From positions 141,491-205,490 of the forward strand of contig CAKQTC010000001.1 in NCBI GenBank assembly GCA_934274515.1: a stretch of DNA of 64,000 nt. Direction: 5' to 3'. The DNA comes from an uncultured Clostridia bacterium (lineage in GTDB: Bacteria > Bacillota > Clostridia > Christensenellales > DTU072). Shown in pieces: positions 1 to 10,900 of this stretch. Positions within the stretch are counted from its first letter, which is position 1. Each line of letters begins with the position of its first letter. The position numbers were made by a program, and so were the translations under genes. A model generated the notes under the pieces. The model had not been told where the DNA came from and ran no database searches. It worked only from the letters and a program-made list of their open reading frames with translations.

Positions 1-2
1 TC

Positions 3-131
3 TTCGGCAATCATAAGTCCAGAAGTATCGACGGCAAGTTCAAACTCGCTACCGTAATCGTAGCGGCAAGTATGCTCGTCTTCTCTATTTTGTTCTTCGT
101 ATTCCAAGTTCTTCTCCAAACGAAAAACTAA
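3..131 (+). CDS. 3' end of a gene entering from the left edge; C-terminal membrane anchor (partial)
   Basis: Frame 3 is open from the window edge to TAA at 129-131. It reads FGNHKSRSIDGKFKLATVIVAASMLVFSILFFVFQVLLQTKN*, which is one hydrophobic helix plus a short tail. A hairpin terminator follows. Too short to identify. Confidence 0.3.
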   Translation, partial: FGNHKSRSIDGKFKLATVIVAASMLVFSILFFVFQVLLQTKN

Positions 132-160
132 TACGAAATCGTACCGAAACGAAAAAAATC

Positions 161-200
161 AAGCGCGTTCGAATAAACGAACGCGCTTTTCCTTTTTATT
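161..200. terminator. Bidirectional rho-independent terminator between convergent genes
   Basis: Stem aagcgcgttcg (161-171), loop aataaa, stem cgaacgcgctt (178-188). An A-run lies upstream and a T-rich run downstream. Confidence 0.6.
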
Positions 201-235
201 TTTCCTTTACCTAGCGGTGCCGCTACGATTACGTT

Positions 236-1810
236 TTACTTTTGTTCCCCTTCCGACGGCGGCTTTTTTTCGGGATAATAGTTTACTTTAATCCCCGTCC
301 CTTCGAGCGGTTTTTTCGCTTTCATCGAATAAGGCAACGTTATTTCCGTTATCGAAGTTCCGTCAAAACACTTTTCTTCGAGCAAGTTGAGTTTACTGTT
401 TTCGGACACGAAAACGGCGTTTATTCCCGAACAACCGCCAAAAGCGTTTTCCCCGACGTTACGAACGCTGTCTGGCAAGTCTATTTCGGTAAGTCCTTTG
501 CAGTCGGCGAACGCGTCGTGGTTTATGCTTTGTAACGACTTCGGCAAGGTTATGCTTCTAAGCGACAGGCAGTTTTGAAAAGCGTTCGGTCTTATATTGA
601 CGATGCCTTGCGGAAGGTTTACCGTTTTCAGCGCGACGCACTGGTAGAAAAATCGGGAAGCAAGATTGTCCGCCATACTGTTTTCCTCAAATTGCACTTC
701 GATAAGACTTCTGCAATCGGCAAACGCTCTTTGGTTGTTAAGCATATACACGTTAGGAATAACGACACTCACAATCGACGTTTTTTCAAACGCTTTTTCC
801 GCCATATCGCGTACGGGCAAGCCGTTATGATTGTTCGGTAAAACCAAGTCCCCCGTCAACACGTTTTTGTCGCGTGCGTCGATTTCGTAGTACTCGTTTC
901 CGTAGTTATCTTTTCGGAGCGTATAGGTAAAATACCCGTCGGGCGTAGGCGAAACCGTATTTTTAATCCATTTTGCGTAAAGCGTGGCGTTTTTTGTCAT
1001 TTTTTCGGCTGATTGCCAGTCGTGAAACACGGTGCGCTTTTCGTCGTCGAACCACGCGACAAACGTATATCCTTCTTTTTTCGGTTTTTCGACAGGCATA
1101 GGCACGACAGCGTCGGCGTCGCCGTTAAAATCGGGAACGTAACTTCCGCCGTCGGAGTCGAACTTCACGGTAAACTTTTTAGCCTTCGTTTCGTATTTGT
1201 ACTCGCTGTAAACGGGTATATCTTCGGTTACGTTTTTCAAATCGTCCGCAGTAAGCGCACGCGGTTTATCCTTTTCTTCGTACACAACCCAACGCTTGGA
1301 AACGATGACCGTGTAATGCCCTGCGTCCGATGACGGAAAGCGGTCGGGCAATTCGGGCACCTGAGAGAAATCAAGACTTCCGCCGTAAGGAACGATAAAC
1401 GTTTTTACCACGTCGTTTTTATCGTGCATAAACGTGACGACTCTGTCTTTTTTTACCGCATAGACGTAAAACGTTTTTTGCTTGGACTTCACACCGTTCC
1501 CGTCCACTCTTACGATAACGGCGTAGGAATGTTCTTTTTCTACCGTTATAGTTCGATTGTCGGTTACGGTAACCGCCGAATTAGACGGCAATTCGTAAAC
1601 GTGAACGGACACGGACAAGTCGTATTTGTTCTTGTAATCGTTGTATTTTTCTATTTCGTAAGGAAGATAATATTCGCCGCTCGGCGCATCCGTCACGTCC
1701 TCCGCCTTTATGTTAATATCGGACGGAAGTTCGTTTTCGGTACAGCCTATCGCCGTAAAGATAATCGCAAGCAAAAAAAATATTATCGCTATCGTCGTTT
1801 TTTTATTCAT
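236..1810 (-). CDS. Surface lipoprotein with one InlB B-type (Listeria-Bacteroides) repeat and C-terminal BspA-type leucine-rich repeats
   Basis: 524-aa ORF. Signal peptide with lipobox (LLAIIFTAIGC). One repeat reads KFTVKFDSDGGSYVP...EGYTFVAWFDD...ATLYAKW. The C-terminus has the repeated pattern AFxxCxxLxxIxLPxSL typical of LRR_5/BspA. Confidence 0.75.
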   Translation of the reverse strand: MNKKTTIAIIFFLLAIIFTAIGCTENELPSDINIKAEDVTDAPSGEYYLPYEIEKYNDYKNKYDLSVSVHVYELPSNSAVTVTDNRTITVEKEHSYAVIVRVDGNGVKSKQKTFYVYAVKKDRVVTFMHDKNDVVKTFIVPYGGSLDFSQVPELPDRFPSSDAGHYTVIVSKRWVVYEEKDKPRALTADDLKNVTEDIPVYSEYKYETKAKKFTVKFDSDGGSYVPDFNGDADAVVPMPVEKPKKEGYTFVAWFDDEKRTVFHDWQSAEKMTKNATLYAKWIKNTVSPTPDGYFTYTLRKDNYGNEYYEIDARDKNVLTGDLVLPNNHNGLPVRDMAEKAFEKTSIVSVVIPNVYMLNNQRAFADCRSLIEVQFEENSMADNLASRFFYQCVALKTVNLPQGIVNIRPNAFQNCLSLRSITLPKSLQSINHDAFADCKGLTEIDLPDSVRNVGENAFGGCSGINAVFVSENSKLNLLEEKCFDGTSITEITLPYSMKAKKPLEGTGIKVNYYPEKKPPSEGEQK

Positions 1811-1869
1811 TTCGCATACAATTATAACTCATAAATAAGGTTTTGTAAATATTTCATATTGTTATAAGA

Positions 1870-1900
1870 AAAGAAAAACAACCCGACGAACGGGTTGTCC
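1870..1900 (-). terminator. rplI terminator
   Basis: Minus strand reads acaacccg-ttcgt-cgggttgt followed by a ttttc tttt run, just downstream of the L9 stop. Confidence 0.6.
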
Positions 1901-1925
1901 TTTTCTCACGTCGAGGCAGTAACCG

Positions 1926-2366
1926 TTACTCTGCGACTACCGCGATTTTGATTTTGGCTATCGTTTCTTTGTAACACCAAACTTCCGCGTCGTATTCGCC
2001 TACGTTTTTTATTCCGGAAGGAACCGTGATTTTCTTTTTGTCTACGGTAAATCCGCTTTTTGCAAGCGCGTCCGCTACGTCGGCGGTCGTTACGCTGCCG
2101 TACATTTTCCCTTCAAAACATCTTACGGGAACTTTAACCGTAAGCCCGTTTATTTTAGCGTGCAAAGCGCGCGCTTCCGCTTCGATTTCCGCCTTGCGTT
2201 TTTCCTCGTTGGCTATTCTCTGTTTACGCTCGTTTTGCGCGTCTTTGGTCGCCATTTGCGCCATTTTTTTCGGAATAAGAAAATTTTTCGCGTATCCGTC
2301 GTTTACTTCGGCTATGTCGCCTTTCTTCCCTATCGGTTTAACGTCTTGCAACAGTATAACTTTCAT
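1926..2366 (-). CDS. rplI: 50S ribosomal protein L9
   Basis: 146 aa. N-terminus [34 protein letters not shown] is the canonical L9 N-domain. A long charged helix and a C-domain follow. SD gggagaag lies upstream. Confidence 0.95.
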   Translation of the reverse strand: MKVILLQDVKPIGKKGDIAEVNDGYAKNFLIPKKMAQMATKDAQNERKQRIANEEKRKAEIEAEARALHAKINGLTVKVPVRCFEGKMYGSVTTADVADALAKSGFTVDKKKITVPSGIKNVGEYDAEVWCYKETIAKIKIAVVAE

Positions 2367-2490
2367 TTTTTACCACTTCTCCCTACATTTATTCGATTTA
2401 GATTGATTATATTAAAAAAAGCCCTTTTTGTCAAATGAATAAAACCCGACGCAAATAAAGATACTACGAGCGTAAAAGGAGAAAAATGAT

Positions 2491-2793
2491 ATGATGCAAC
2501 TTAAATGTACCACGAGCAACTGCCAACATAACCTTAAATGTCACTGCAACGCAGGCGTAATCGGAATGAACGAAAAAGGCGTATGCGCAAGCAAAATTAA
2601 ACGCGCCGGCGGCGCGCTCGAACAAACTTTTCGCGAACTCGAAGCCGCCGACGAACTATTAAGCGACGCCCCGAGCGCAGTCAGGTGCGAAGCAATCTGC
2701 ATATATAACGAAGACGGCTACTGCCGCGCGACAAGCATACTCGTAAACGACGTTATGATGAATACGAAATGCGCAACAAGAATAAAAAAATAA
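2491..2793 (+). CDS. DUF1540-like small cysteine-rich protein (two half-repeats)
   Basis: 100 aa. Two copies of a KC-x3-C-x5-C-x-C-A-x2-I style motif (LKCTTSNCQHNLKCHCNAGVI; VRCEAICIYNEDGYCRATSILV). AAAGGAG lies 9 nt upstream. Confidence 0.6.
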   Translation: MMQLKCTTSNCQHNLKCHCNAGVIGMNEKGVCASKIKRAGGALEQTFRELEAADELLSDAPSAVRCEAICIYNEDGYCRATSILVNDVMMNTKCATRIKK

Positions 2794-2845
2794 CGCAAAA
2801 TCGGGCGATAGCCGGTGCAACGCCACGTTGCCGACGGGACGGCTC

Positions 2846-2945
2846 TGCCGTCCGTCATGTTGAGCGTAGCCGAAACATCTAGGCGATAGCCGCAATGCCG
2901 TCCGTCATGTTGAACGTAGTCGAAACATCTAGGCGATAGCCGCAG
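2846..2945. repeat. Tandem repeat, 2 x 50 bp
   Basis: tgccgtccgtcatgttgaRcgtagYcgaaacatctaggcgatagccgca occurs at 2846-2895 and 2896-2945 with 2-3 mismatches. The ggcgatagccg tail is also present at 2803-2813. Confidence 0.9.
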
Positions 2946-2948
2946 TAT

Positions 2949-3158
2949 ACAGAAAAAGCATTTTTTCCGCGACTTACCTTGCTCGATTACAGGATGCAAC
3001 GCCACGTTGCCGACAGAAAAAGCATTTCGTTCCGCGACTTACCTTGCTCGATTACAGGATGCAACGCCACGTTGCCGACAGAAAAAGCATTTCGTTCCGC
3101 GACATACTTTGCTCGATTACAGGATGCAACGTCACGTTGCCACGTTGCCACGTTGCCG
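2949..3158. repeat. Tandem repeat, 3 x 64-65 bp, ending in 3 x 8 bp (ccacgttg)
   Basis: Units start at 2949, 3013 and 3078 (acagaaaaagcattt...ttgctcgattacaggatgcaacgccacgttgccg). Each carries the hairpin gcaacg-cca-cgttgc. The last unit runs into ccacgttgccacgttgccacgttgcc. The gcaacgccacgttgccgac module also occurs at 2816-2834. Confidence 0.9.
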
Positions 3159-3198
3159 CTTGCGCTAGACCCTTCGACGTTGCTTAGGGTGACGTGTC

Positions 3199-4869
3199 TT
3201 ACAATTCATACACCATACTTTCGTAGGGTCTAAGCGTACATTCGCATAGAGATTTCGGGCTGTCGTCGTAATTTTGCATTACGATTTTGCTTTCTTTCTC
3301 TTTAAGTTCGTTCGGGACGACAAAGTAAACTTCTTTATCGGAATAGTTCGCGATAACGACGTATTTCTTGCCGTTATATTCCCTTTCGTACGTCCATACG
3401 TTTCTGTCTTTCGGGTAATACTGCTTATACGTACCGTGGCGAATGATCTCGTTGCCTAAGCGGAACGCGTTGAGTTGTTTATAAAAATACCATATTCCGT
3501 CTTTATCGTTGAGCGCCTGTTCGACGTTAATCTCTTTATAATTCGGATTAACGGGCATCCAAGGCGTTCCCGTAGTAAATCCCGCGTTCTCTTTATCGCT
3601 CCACTGCATCGGAGCGCGCGCGTGATCTCTCGCTTTTTTGTTTAACGCCCACTTCACTATCGGAAGCAAAAACGGCGCAAATTTCTTGACGGTGTCGTAT
3701 ATTCTTATCGAAACTATATCCCTATAATCCTTTCTTCTCAACTTGGCAAAATTAGTCATTCCGATTTCTTGCCCTTGATAGATATACGGCGTGCCTTTAA
3801 GGAAGAAAATACTCATAGCAAGCATTTTGGCTACCTTTTCTCTGTATTCAAGTTTCCCATACCTAGGCAAAGAACGCGGATAGTCGTGGTTTTCTATATA
3901 CAGCGAATTCCAACAAGTATCGGGGAGGGCTTGCCACGAAGAGAATATTTCTTTCCATTTTACAAGGCTAAACTTTTTGGGAACGGTAGTTAAAAACGAG
4001 TCTACTTTTGTTTGATGTTCAAACGTAAACACGCAGTCGAGTTCTTCTCTCGATTCGTCCACCGCTTCAAACGCGTTGTCGATGGTTATTCCCTGCGCCT
4101 CGCCCACGGTCATCGTATCGTATTTTGAAAAACTTCTTTGGTTAAGTTCGTGTATATATTCGTGATAATGCGGTCCGATTACGAAATGTTCGTCGCCGCA
4201 AACCGCCGGGTTAAACTTTCCGTCGGGAAAATCGGGGTCTTTGGATATGTAAGTAATTACGTCGCAACGGAATCCGTCCACTCCTTTTTCAAACCAATAA
4301 TTGCATATATCCGCCACTTCCTGTCTTACTTTCGGGTTATCCCAGTTAAGGTCGGGCTGCTTTTTGCTGAATAGGTGCAAATAAAACTCTTTGGTCGTTT
4401 CGTCGTATTCCCACGCCGAACCCGTAAATCTGCTCGTCCAGTTATTCGGCGGTTTTTTCCCGTTTTTTCCTTTCCCTTTCTTCCAAATATAATAATCTCT
4501 GTACGGATTGTCTTTCGACGAACGGGATTGCTTAAACCATTCGTGTTCGTCGCTCGAATGGTTGACGACAAGGTCCATTACAAGTTTAATTCCCCTTGCG
4601 TGCATACCGTCTATCATTTCTTGCCAGTCTTCGAGCGTGCCGAATTCGTCCATTATGTCGCGATAATTGCTTATATCGTACCCGTTATCGTCGTTTGGCG
4701 ATTTATAGCACGGCGAAAGCCATACGCACGTCACACCTAAATCTTTTAGGTAGTCGAGTTTGCTTATAATTCCGCGAATATCTCCTATTCCGTCTCCGTT
4801 GCTGTCGCAGAAACTTCTCGGATAAATTTGATAAACGACTGCGTCTTTGTACCAACGTGTCTTTGCCAT
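3199..4869 (-). CDS. GH13 alpha-glucosidase / oligo-1,6-glucosidase-type enzyme
   Basis: 556 aa. WYKDAVVYQIYPRSFCDSNGDGIGDIRGIISKLDYLKDLGV, VMDLVVNHSSDEHEWF and GFRCDVI are the classic GH13 subfamily-31 motifs. Confidence 0.9.
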   Translation of the reverse strand: MAKTRWYKDAVVYQIYPRSFCDSNGDGIGDIRGIISKLDYLKDLGVTCVWLSPCYKSPNDDNGYDISNYRDIMDEFGTLEDWQEMIDGMHARGIKLVMDLVVNHSSDEHEWFKQSRSSKDNPYRDYYIWKKGKGKNGKKPPNNWTSRFTGSAWEYDETTKEFYLHLFSKKQPDLNWDNPKVRQEVADICNYWFEKGVDGFRCDVITYISKDPDFPDGKFNPAVCGDEHFVIGPHYHEYIHELNQRSFSKYDTMTVGEAQGITIDNAFEAVDESREELDCVFTFEHQTKVDSFLTTVPKKFSLVKWKEIFSSWQALPDTCWNSLYIENHDYPRSLPRYGKLEYREKVAKMLAMSIFFLKGTPYIYQGQEIGMTNFAKLRRKDYRDIVSIRIYDTVKKFAPFLLPIVKWALNKKARDHARAPMQWSDKENAGFTTGTPWMPVNPNYKEINVEQALNDKDGIWYFYKQLNAFRLGNEIIRHGTYKQYYPKDRNVWTYEREYNGKKYVVIANYSDKEVYFVVPNELKEKESKIVMQNYDDSPKSLCECTLRPYESMVYEL

Positions 4870-4956
4870 TAATATATGTCCCTCCCGAATAATAATTTTT
4901 GTCTTTGTCGCAGGCGTTGCCTACGTCTAACTGCCTTGTTTCGTCCTTTCCTACGC

Positions 4957-7900
4957 TTATTTAAGACGTATTTTCACCGTCGGCACAACGCCCGTGCAAC
5001 TTTGCGTAACGTCCGCGGGCGAGTTCGACAGACCGCTTATTTTTACTATGGCGGCATTGTCGTAACCGCCTCCGAACGGCGATCTCGTCCACCATTCGCA
5101 TTTCAGTCTGTCCGCCGCGTTCGCTTCGTAGTTTATCTTAATACCCATAATCTTTGCGTAATCGGTGTATTGTTTGCTGCCTACGGCATACATATTAAGT
5201 TCCTTTCTCGAAAGCAAGTATACGTTGTCTCTCGTGTTTTCGCAAACGTTAGCGTATTCGTTCATCGCGCTTTCCTTGCTGTTGTCTACGGTAGATACTT
5301 TTATATTCTTTTTCTGTACGCTACCGAACGCCCTGTTGTAGAACGCGTCGTTAAGCCACGCGCGTATACTGCTATTCATATAACTGTTATTATTGTTTAC
5401 CGAGTACTCTTGACTGTCGAGGACATATTTCGACAAGATAGAAGCCAAAGTTCCGTTGCTAGAAAGAACCTGCCATTCGATAAGTTCGTACTTAAACCAA
5501 TAAATTTTCTTCGTCACGTAACCGTTGTTTTGCTGTTGCGAAACGGATTTGGTCGAACTTGTCGGACGATACGAAGTAAAATATACGCCGCGGTATCTGT
5601 CGTTGCCGTACACAACGTCGTTATACCACATATAATCCTGCTCGTTTGTCGTCCAACTCTTTACTTTGTACGAAGTCCAACTTCCGCTGTTTGACGCGGT
5701 CGGCACGTCGGTTATCTTTGCGTTAAGTCGGGCAATCAACTCCGTCCCTTTGACTTCCGTCTGCGGATAAGAACCGAAATAAACTTTCTGTTTGTCGTTG
5801 CCGTCGTCGTGCATGCAATAACCGAGCGCGTTTGAGCCGTGTACTTCTCTTCCGCATACCCTGCACACGCAGTTCTCGTCTACCTCGTGTACCGTCGTGC
5901 CGCATTTTTTACAAACGCAATCTTCGATGTCGTGCTCGGTCTTTCCGCAAACGATACAAGTGCAGTATATATCCATATTGTGACATTCCGCTCCGCACTT
6001 GGTGCAAATACAATTTTCGTCGGGTTTATGGTCGTTACACAACGAGAACCTTGCTATATAAACTACGTCGTCGCGCGTAAGCGTAATCACGTAATCCGCC
6101 TGATCGCTTTGTTTTATTCCGTTTACGAACCATCCGTCGAACAGATACCCGATTTTCCGCTCCGCGACTATCGTAGTTTCTTCTCCTACGACGTACGTTC
6201 CGTCCATTCCTCTTACGGTTCCGCCTTCCGCGTTGTCGGTAACGATAACGGTTCTGCTCCACACCGCGATAAACTCTTTCTTCCCGCGCGTAACGACGTA
6301 CGTCATAGTACTTCCGCCGCCGGCAAGCAGTTTATCTCCGTTGTACCACCCGACAAAGGTATATCCTTTTCTCGTCGTTGCCGCAAGCGTGATTTCGTCG
6401 CCTATGTTTATTCCGTCCACGCCGCTCACGTCGCCCGCTTCGTCGCTGCTCTTTACTACGGTAACGGGGCAAACCATCCACCTTGCCTCGTAAACTACCG
6501 TTTCCTCCGTTATGGTAAATTCGCGGACCGCTTTACCCAGTTCGTTCGGGTCGAGTACGTCGTTAGCGTACCATCCGACAAACGCATACCCTTTTCTCGT
6601 CGTCGCCGCAAGCGTTATCTTCTGTCCGAGTACCGTTCCGCCGACTATCGAATTCGTTTCGCCCGCTTCGTCAACGTTCTTAATCACGCTAACGGGACAG
6701 ACAATCCACTTCGCCGTCAACGTCAACGGCTCGTTCTCTCCGCTTGTTGTCGTCGTTTCGGGTATATCGTACTTACATTCGGGGGCACCCGAAATCAACG
6801 TTTCGCCGTTATACCAACCGATAAACGTATATCCGTCGTTAATCGTGGCATAAAGATTGATTGAATTTTCTTTTAGGTCGCTCGCTCGCACTTCGCCGGC
6901 TTGTTCTATATTTTTTTCAAGCGCGATTGTCGTTTTCGGCACCCATTTTGCCGTGTAAACTTTGTAGTCTAAGGTCACTTCCACTTCGTAAGCGACGGTA
7001 TGCGCTATCTTCTTTTCGTTTAGATACCAGCCGTCGAAAACGTATCCGTCGTTGGTTTCGGCTTCGAGCGTAACCTTGCCGCCGACTACCGTCCCTCCGC
7101 GCGGAAGGATAGCCCTGCCTGCCGTTTCGTCGTTCGTCGTTACGTCAAACTTCCTGTTCACCCATCTCGCTTCGTACGTTTCCGCATTTTCCGTTATCTT
7201 AAACGTATAGTCGTATTCGCCTTTTTTGCTCACTTGTTCGTTTTTGTTAAACCATCCGACAAACGTATATCCGTCGTTTGTTTCCGCGGTTACCGTCACG
7301 ACTTGATTTAACCTTGTCTTTAACGGCACGCCTACTACGCTACCTGCGTTTTCATCGTTTCTATTAATCGTCACGGGGAATTTTATCCACTTCGCCGTAT
7401 AGACGACGGGGGTTTCTTCTACGATAATCTCACATTCTTCCGCGGCATTTACCAAAGTTTCCCCTTTGAACCAACCGACAAACGTGTATCCGTCGTTTGT
7501 TTCCGCGGTTAACGTCGCTTGCTGCCCTACTCTCGTAATATCCGATACTCTCACGACGCCGGCGGCTTGTTCGCTGCTTTCAGCGATAACCGGTCGAGCG
7601 AGCCATCTCGCTTCGTACGTTGACGGGTCTTTCGTCACGGTTAACTCATACGTCGGCTCGGACGTAATCATAGTTCCCGTTGCGTTAAACCACCCGATAA
7701 ACGCGTATCCGTCGTTTGTTTCCGCAGCAATCGTCGCTTTATCGCCGACTTTCGTTACCTGTTCGAGCGTGTCTGTCACCGTGCCTGCCGCAGAAATGTT
7801 TTTCTTGACGGTAATCGGCATCGCAACGCACCACGTCGCGGTATAAATTACGTTTTCTTCGGTTACCGTCACGTTGCAATCGGTTTGTTCCGTGATAATC

Positions 7901-10900
7901 TCCGTGCCTTTGTACCAACCGAGCCAAACGTATCCTTCATTGAGTGCGGCGCGCAAAGTTATTTCTTTGCCGATTTCAATCGTTCCGACGACGGACGTCG
8001 AACCCGCGTCAACGACGTTTCTCGTTATTCCTATCGGATTGTTTATCCATACCGCTCGGTACGTCTTTCCCTGTTCGTCTTTTACCGTTATCGAATAATC
8101 GGAAGAAACGTCCTCTCCTCTCTCGTTAACCCATTTTAAGAACACGAACCCGTTCTCCGTCGTCGCGGCGGTCATAGTAACGGTATCGACGTCAACCGTT
8201 CCGCCGTTTATCTCTACTCGTCCGCAAGAAGACTCCGAGTACACGCCGTCGTCGAACACGACCGCGCTCGCGGAAACGTTGCACTTAGTCCATTTTGCCG
8301 TGTACGTTGTCGAATCGCTTTCAGGCACGGTTACGTTGAGTGAGAACGCGCGCGCTCCGAGCAGGTTCTCGTCCTTATCGAACCACCCGACAAACTTGTA
8401 TCCCGATTTGCTTACCGCGGTAATCGTCGCTTGTTTCGTCGCTACGGTGTTTTCGCTTATCATAACCGTACCGCCGCCGCCTTCCGTGGACAACGTTATC
8501 GGACACGTTATCCATTTTGCGGTGTAACTAGCCGTATTTTCGCCTGGTACGTCTACTTCCACCGAGTACGCTCTATCGCCTACAAGCATACCGCTTTCGT
8601 CTAACCACCCTACCCACGTATAGGCGGAATTAACCGCGGCGGTAATCGTCGCTTTACCGCCGACTATTGTTTGTTGCGTAACGGAAACCGCGCCCGCGGG
8701 TATCGCCTTTACGGAAATCGTACAGGGTTTCCACTTCGCGATAAGTTCATATTTGTCCGTATACGAAAGCGTGAACGTATATTCGAGTTCTTTGGTAATC
8801 GGTGCGTCGTCGGCACCTTTAAGGAACCACCCGAAGAACGTATATCCGTCGTTGGTGGACGCATAAACGGTGACTTGCTCCCCGTACGTCGTGGCAATAT
8901 CTTCTATTCCTATCGCGTTTCCGCCTTCGATATACTTTTCGTCTACGGAAACCGTCACCGGACAAATAATCCATCTCGGTATAATCGTGCGCTTCGTTTC
9001 GGTCAGCGTGAACGAATAACTCATACTCGTCCCTTCGCTTACTTTCGTTTCCCCTTCGTACCAACCTAAGAACGTGTATCCCTCGTTGGTTTTCGCGCTA
9101 AGCACTACCGTGTCTCCGATTTTGTACGCGCTAAGCGAACCCGTCGTGCCTGCGTCGGGGTTATAAGAACCTATCGTTATCGGACAGTCTATCCATTTCG
9201 CCTTTATCGTCAAAGCAGCCTCGGGTACTCTAACCGTATACGAATAACCGCTTTCGAGAAGTTTGTTGTTGACGTCGTACCAGCCCGTAAACGTCGCGTT
9301 GTCGTACGTTTCCGCATAAAGAGTAACGTCCTGCCCGGACACCGCGTTTTCAAGTCCCGTCACTCTGCCCATACTCGGACTCGCCGTCTTGTCTTGCCCG
9401 TTTTCGATAACGGCAACGCTCAGCGTTTTCGTCGCCCACCTTGCCGAATACGTCTTTTGATTTTCACCGTCGGGCATCGGGAACGTGTAGTTCCTGTCTT
9501 TCGTCAATAGCGTATTGTCTTCGTACCAACCGAGCCAAACGTACCCGTCTACGGGAGCCGCGCTTATAGTTACGTTCTTCCCTGCCACCGTAATGCCCGT
9601 CGGGACGTTGAGATACTGCGCAAAGTTAGCGGCGATTTTGCCGTCTATTTTCGCTTGGAAATCCACCGTACGCTCCGTCCATCTCGCGTAAATCGCCATA
9701 CTCTTGTCGGGTACGGTAAACGTATAAGTGAGTTCTTGACAAACTCGCGTACTCGTTTCGTTATCCCTAAGGGGCTCCGTATACCAACCCAAAAACGTGA
9801 ACCCGCCGGCATTAGACGCGACCACGGTTTCTTCGTCGTCGGGGAAGTACGTCGCGTCTACGCCGCTTACCGTGCCGCTCTTATCTCCCGTGTGACTGAA
9901 TAGTTTACTTTCCGCTCGTATAAACGCGAATTTCGCCACAAACGTACGCTTTGTTTCGGTAACTATTATTTTGCAGAAAAGTTCAAAATCGTTGCTTATC
10001 TTCGTATAATTAATAACCGCTTCGCTGCCTTCTTTTTCTTCCACGGTTTTTTCGTACCAACCTAAGAACGCGTATCCGACGTTGGTTTCCGCCGAAAGAA
10101 CGATTTTTTCGCCGACTACGTTACTTTTTTCCGCGCCGCTCACGTTTCCTGCAAGCGCGATTTTGTTCTTCGCCGTTTCGCAATCGAGTTCGATTTCCGC
10201 ATTTATCGTGCCTTCTATCCATTTTGCGGTATATTCCGCGTCTTTGTTAGGCATCGCGAACGAGTATTCGCTCTTCCCGTCCGCGCTTACTTTTCCTTTA
10301 TTATCGTACCACCCGACAAACGTGTACCCGTCGTTCGTAACGGCGGTTATCGTAGCGATTTCCCCTGTAATAAACGGCTTGTCGAGTCCGCCGATTTCGC
10401 CTGCAAGCGTCGCGTCCAAAGCCGTGTCGTTATCGCCCGTAAGCATACTGTTTAACGTAACTTTTATCCATTTTGCCTTTATTTCGTCGAGATGTTCTTT
10501 GTTTTCGGCGGTAAATACGTATCTCGTCGCGCTTTCGACGTTTGTTTCGCCTATATACCACCCGATAAACGTGTACCCGTCGTTGGTTTGCGCGTTTACG
10601 ACTATATCGTCGCCTGGCGTGAACGCCTTTTCTTCCACGCTCACCGAGCCTGCCGCTTCGTTTGTCGAAACTACTTCGATTTTTGCCCATTTCGCCGTGA
10701 GCGTACGGTTTTCTTCCGTCATCGTAAACGTATAATCGAACTCAAACGAGTTTTCTATGCCGAGTTTAACGTCGTTTTCGTACCAACCGAGCCAAACGTA
10801 ACCCGGGTTCGAGTTCGCGATTATCGTAACGTCGGAATTGATTTTCGTCGCACCCTCCGTTCCGCTTACGCCGCCTGCTCCGACGATATTTTTTTCAAGA

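Noticed and set aside
2846-3158. CRISPR array interpretation of the 50-bp and 64-bp repeats.
   Set aside because: The units abut directly with no unique spacers between them, the repeat lengths are atypical, and no cas genes are in the window.
2659-3233. Three overlapping ORFs (78, 95 and 84 aa) across the intergenic repeat array.
   Set aside because: They are created by the tandem repeats, so their peptides repeat with the DNA period. They overlap each other and the DUF1540 gene end, and they have no SD. I treated the region as non-coding repeat.
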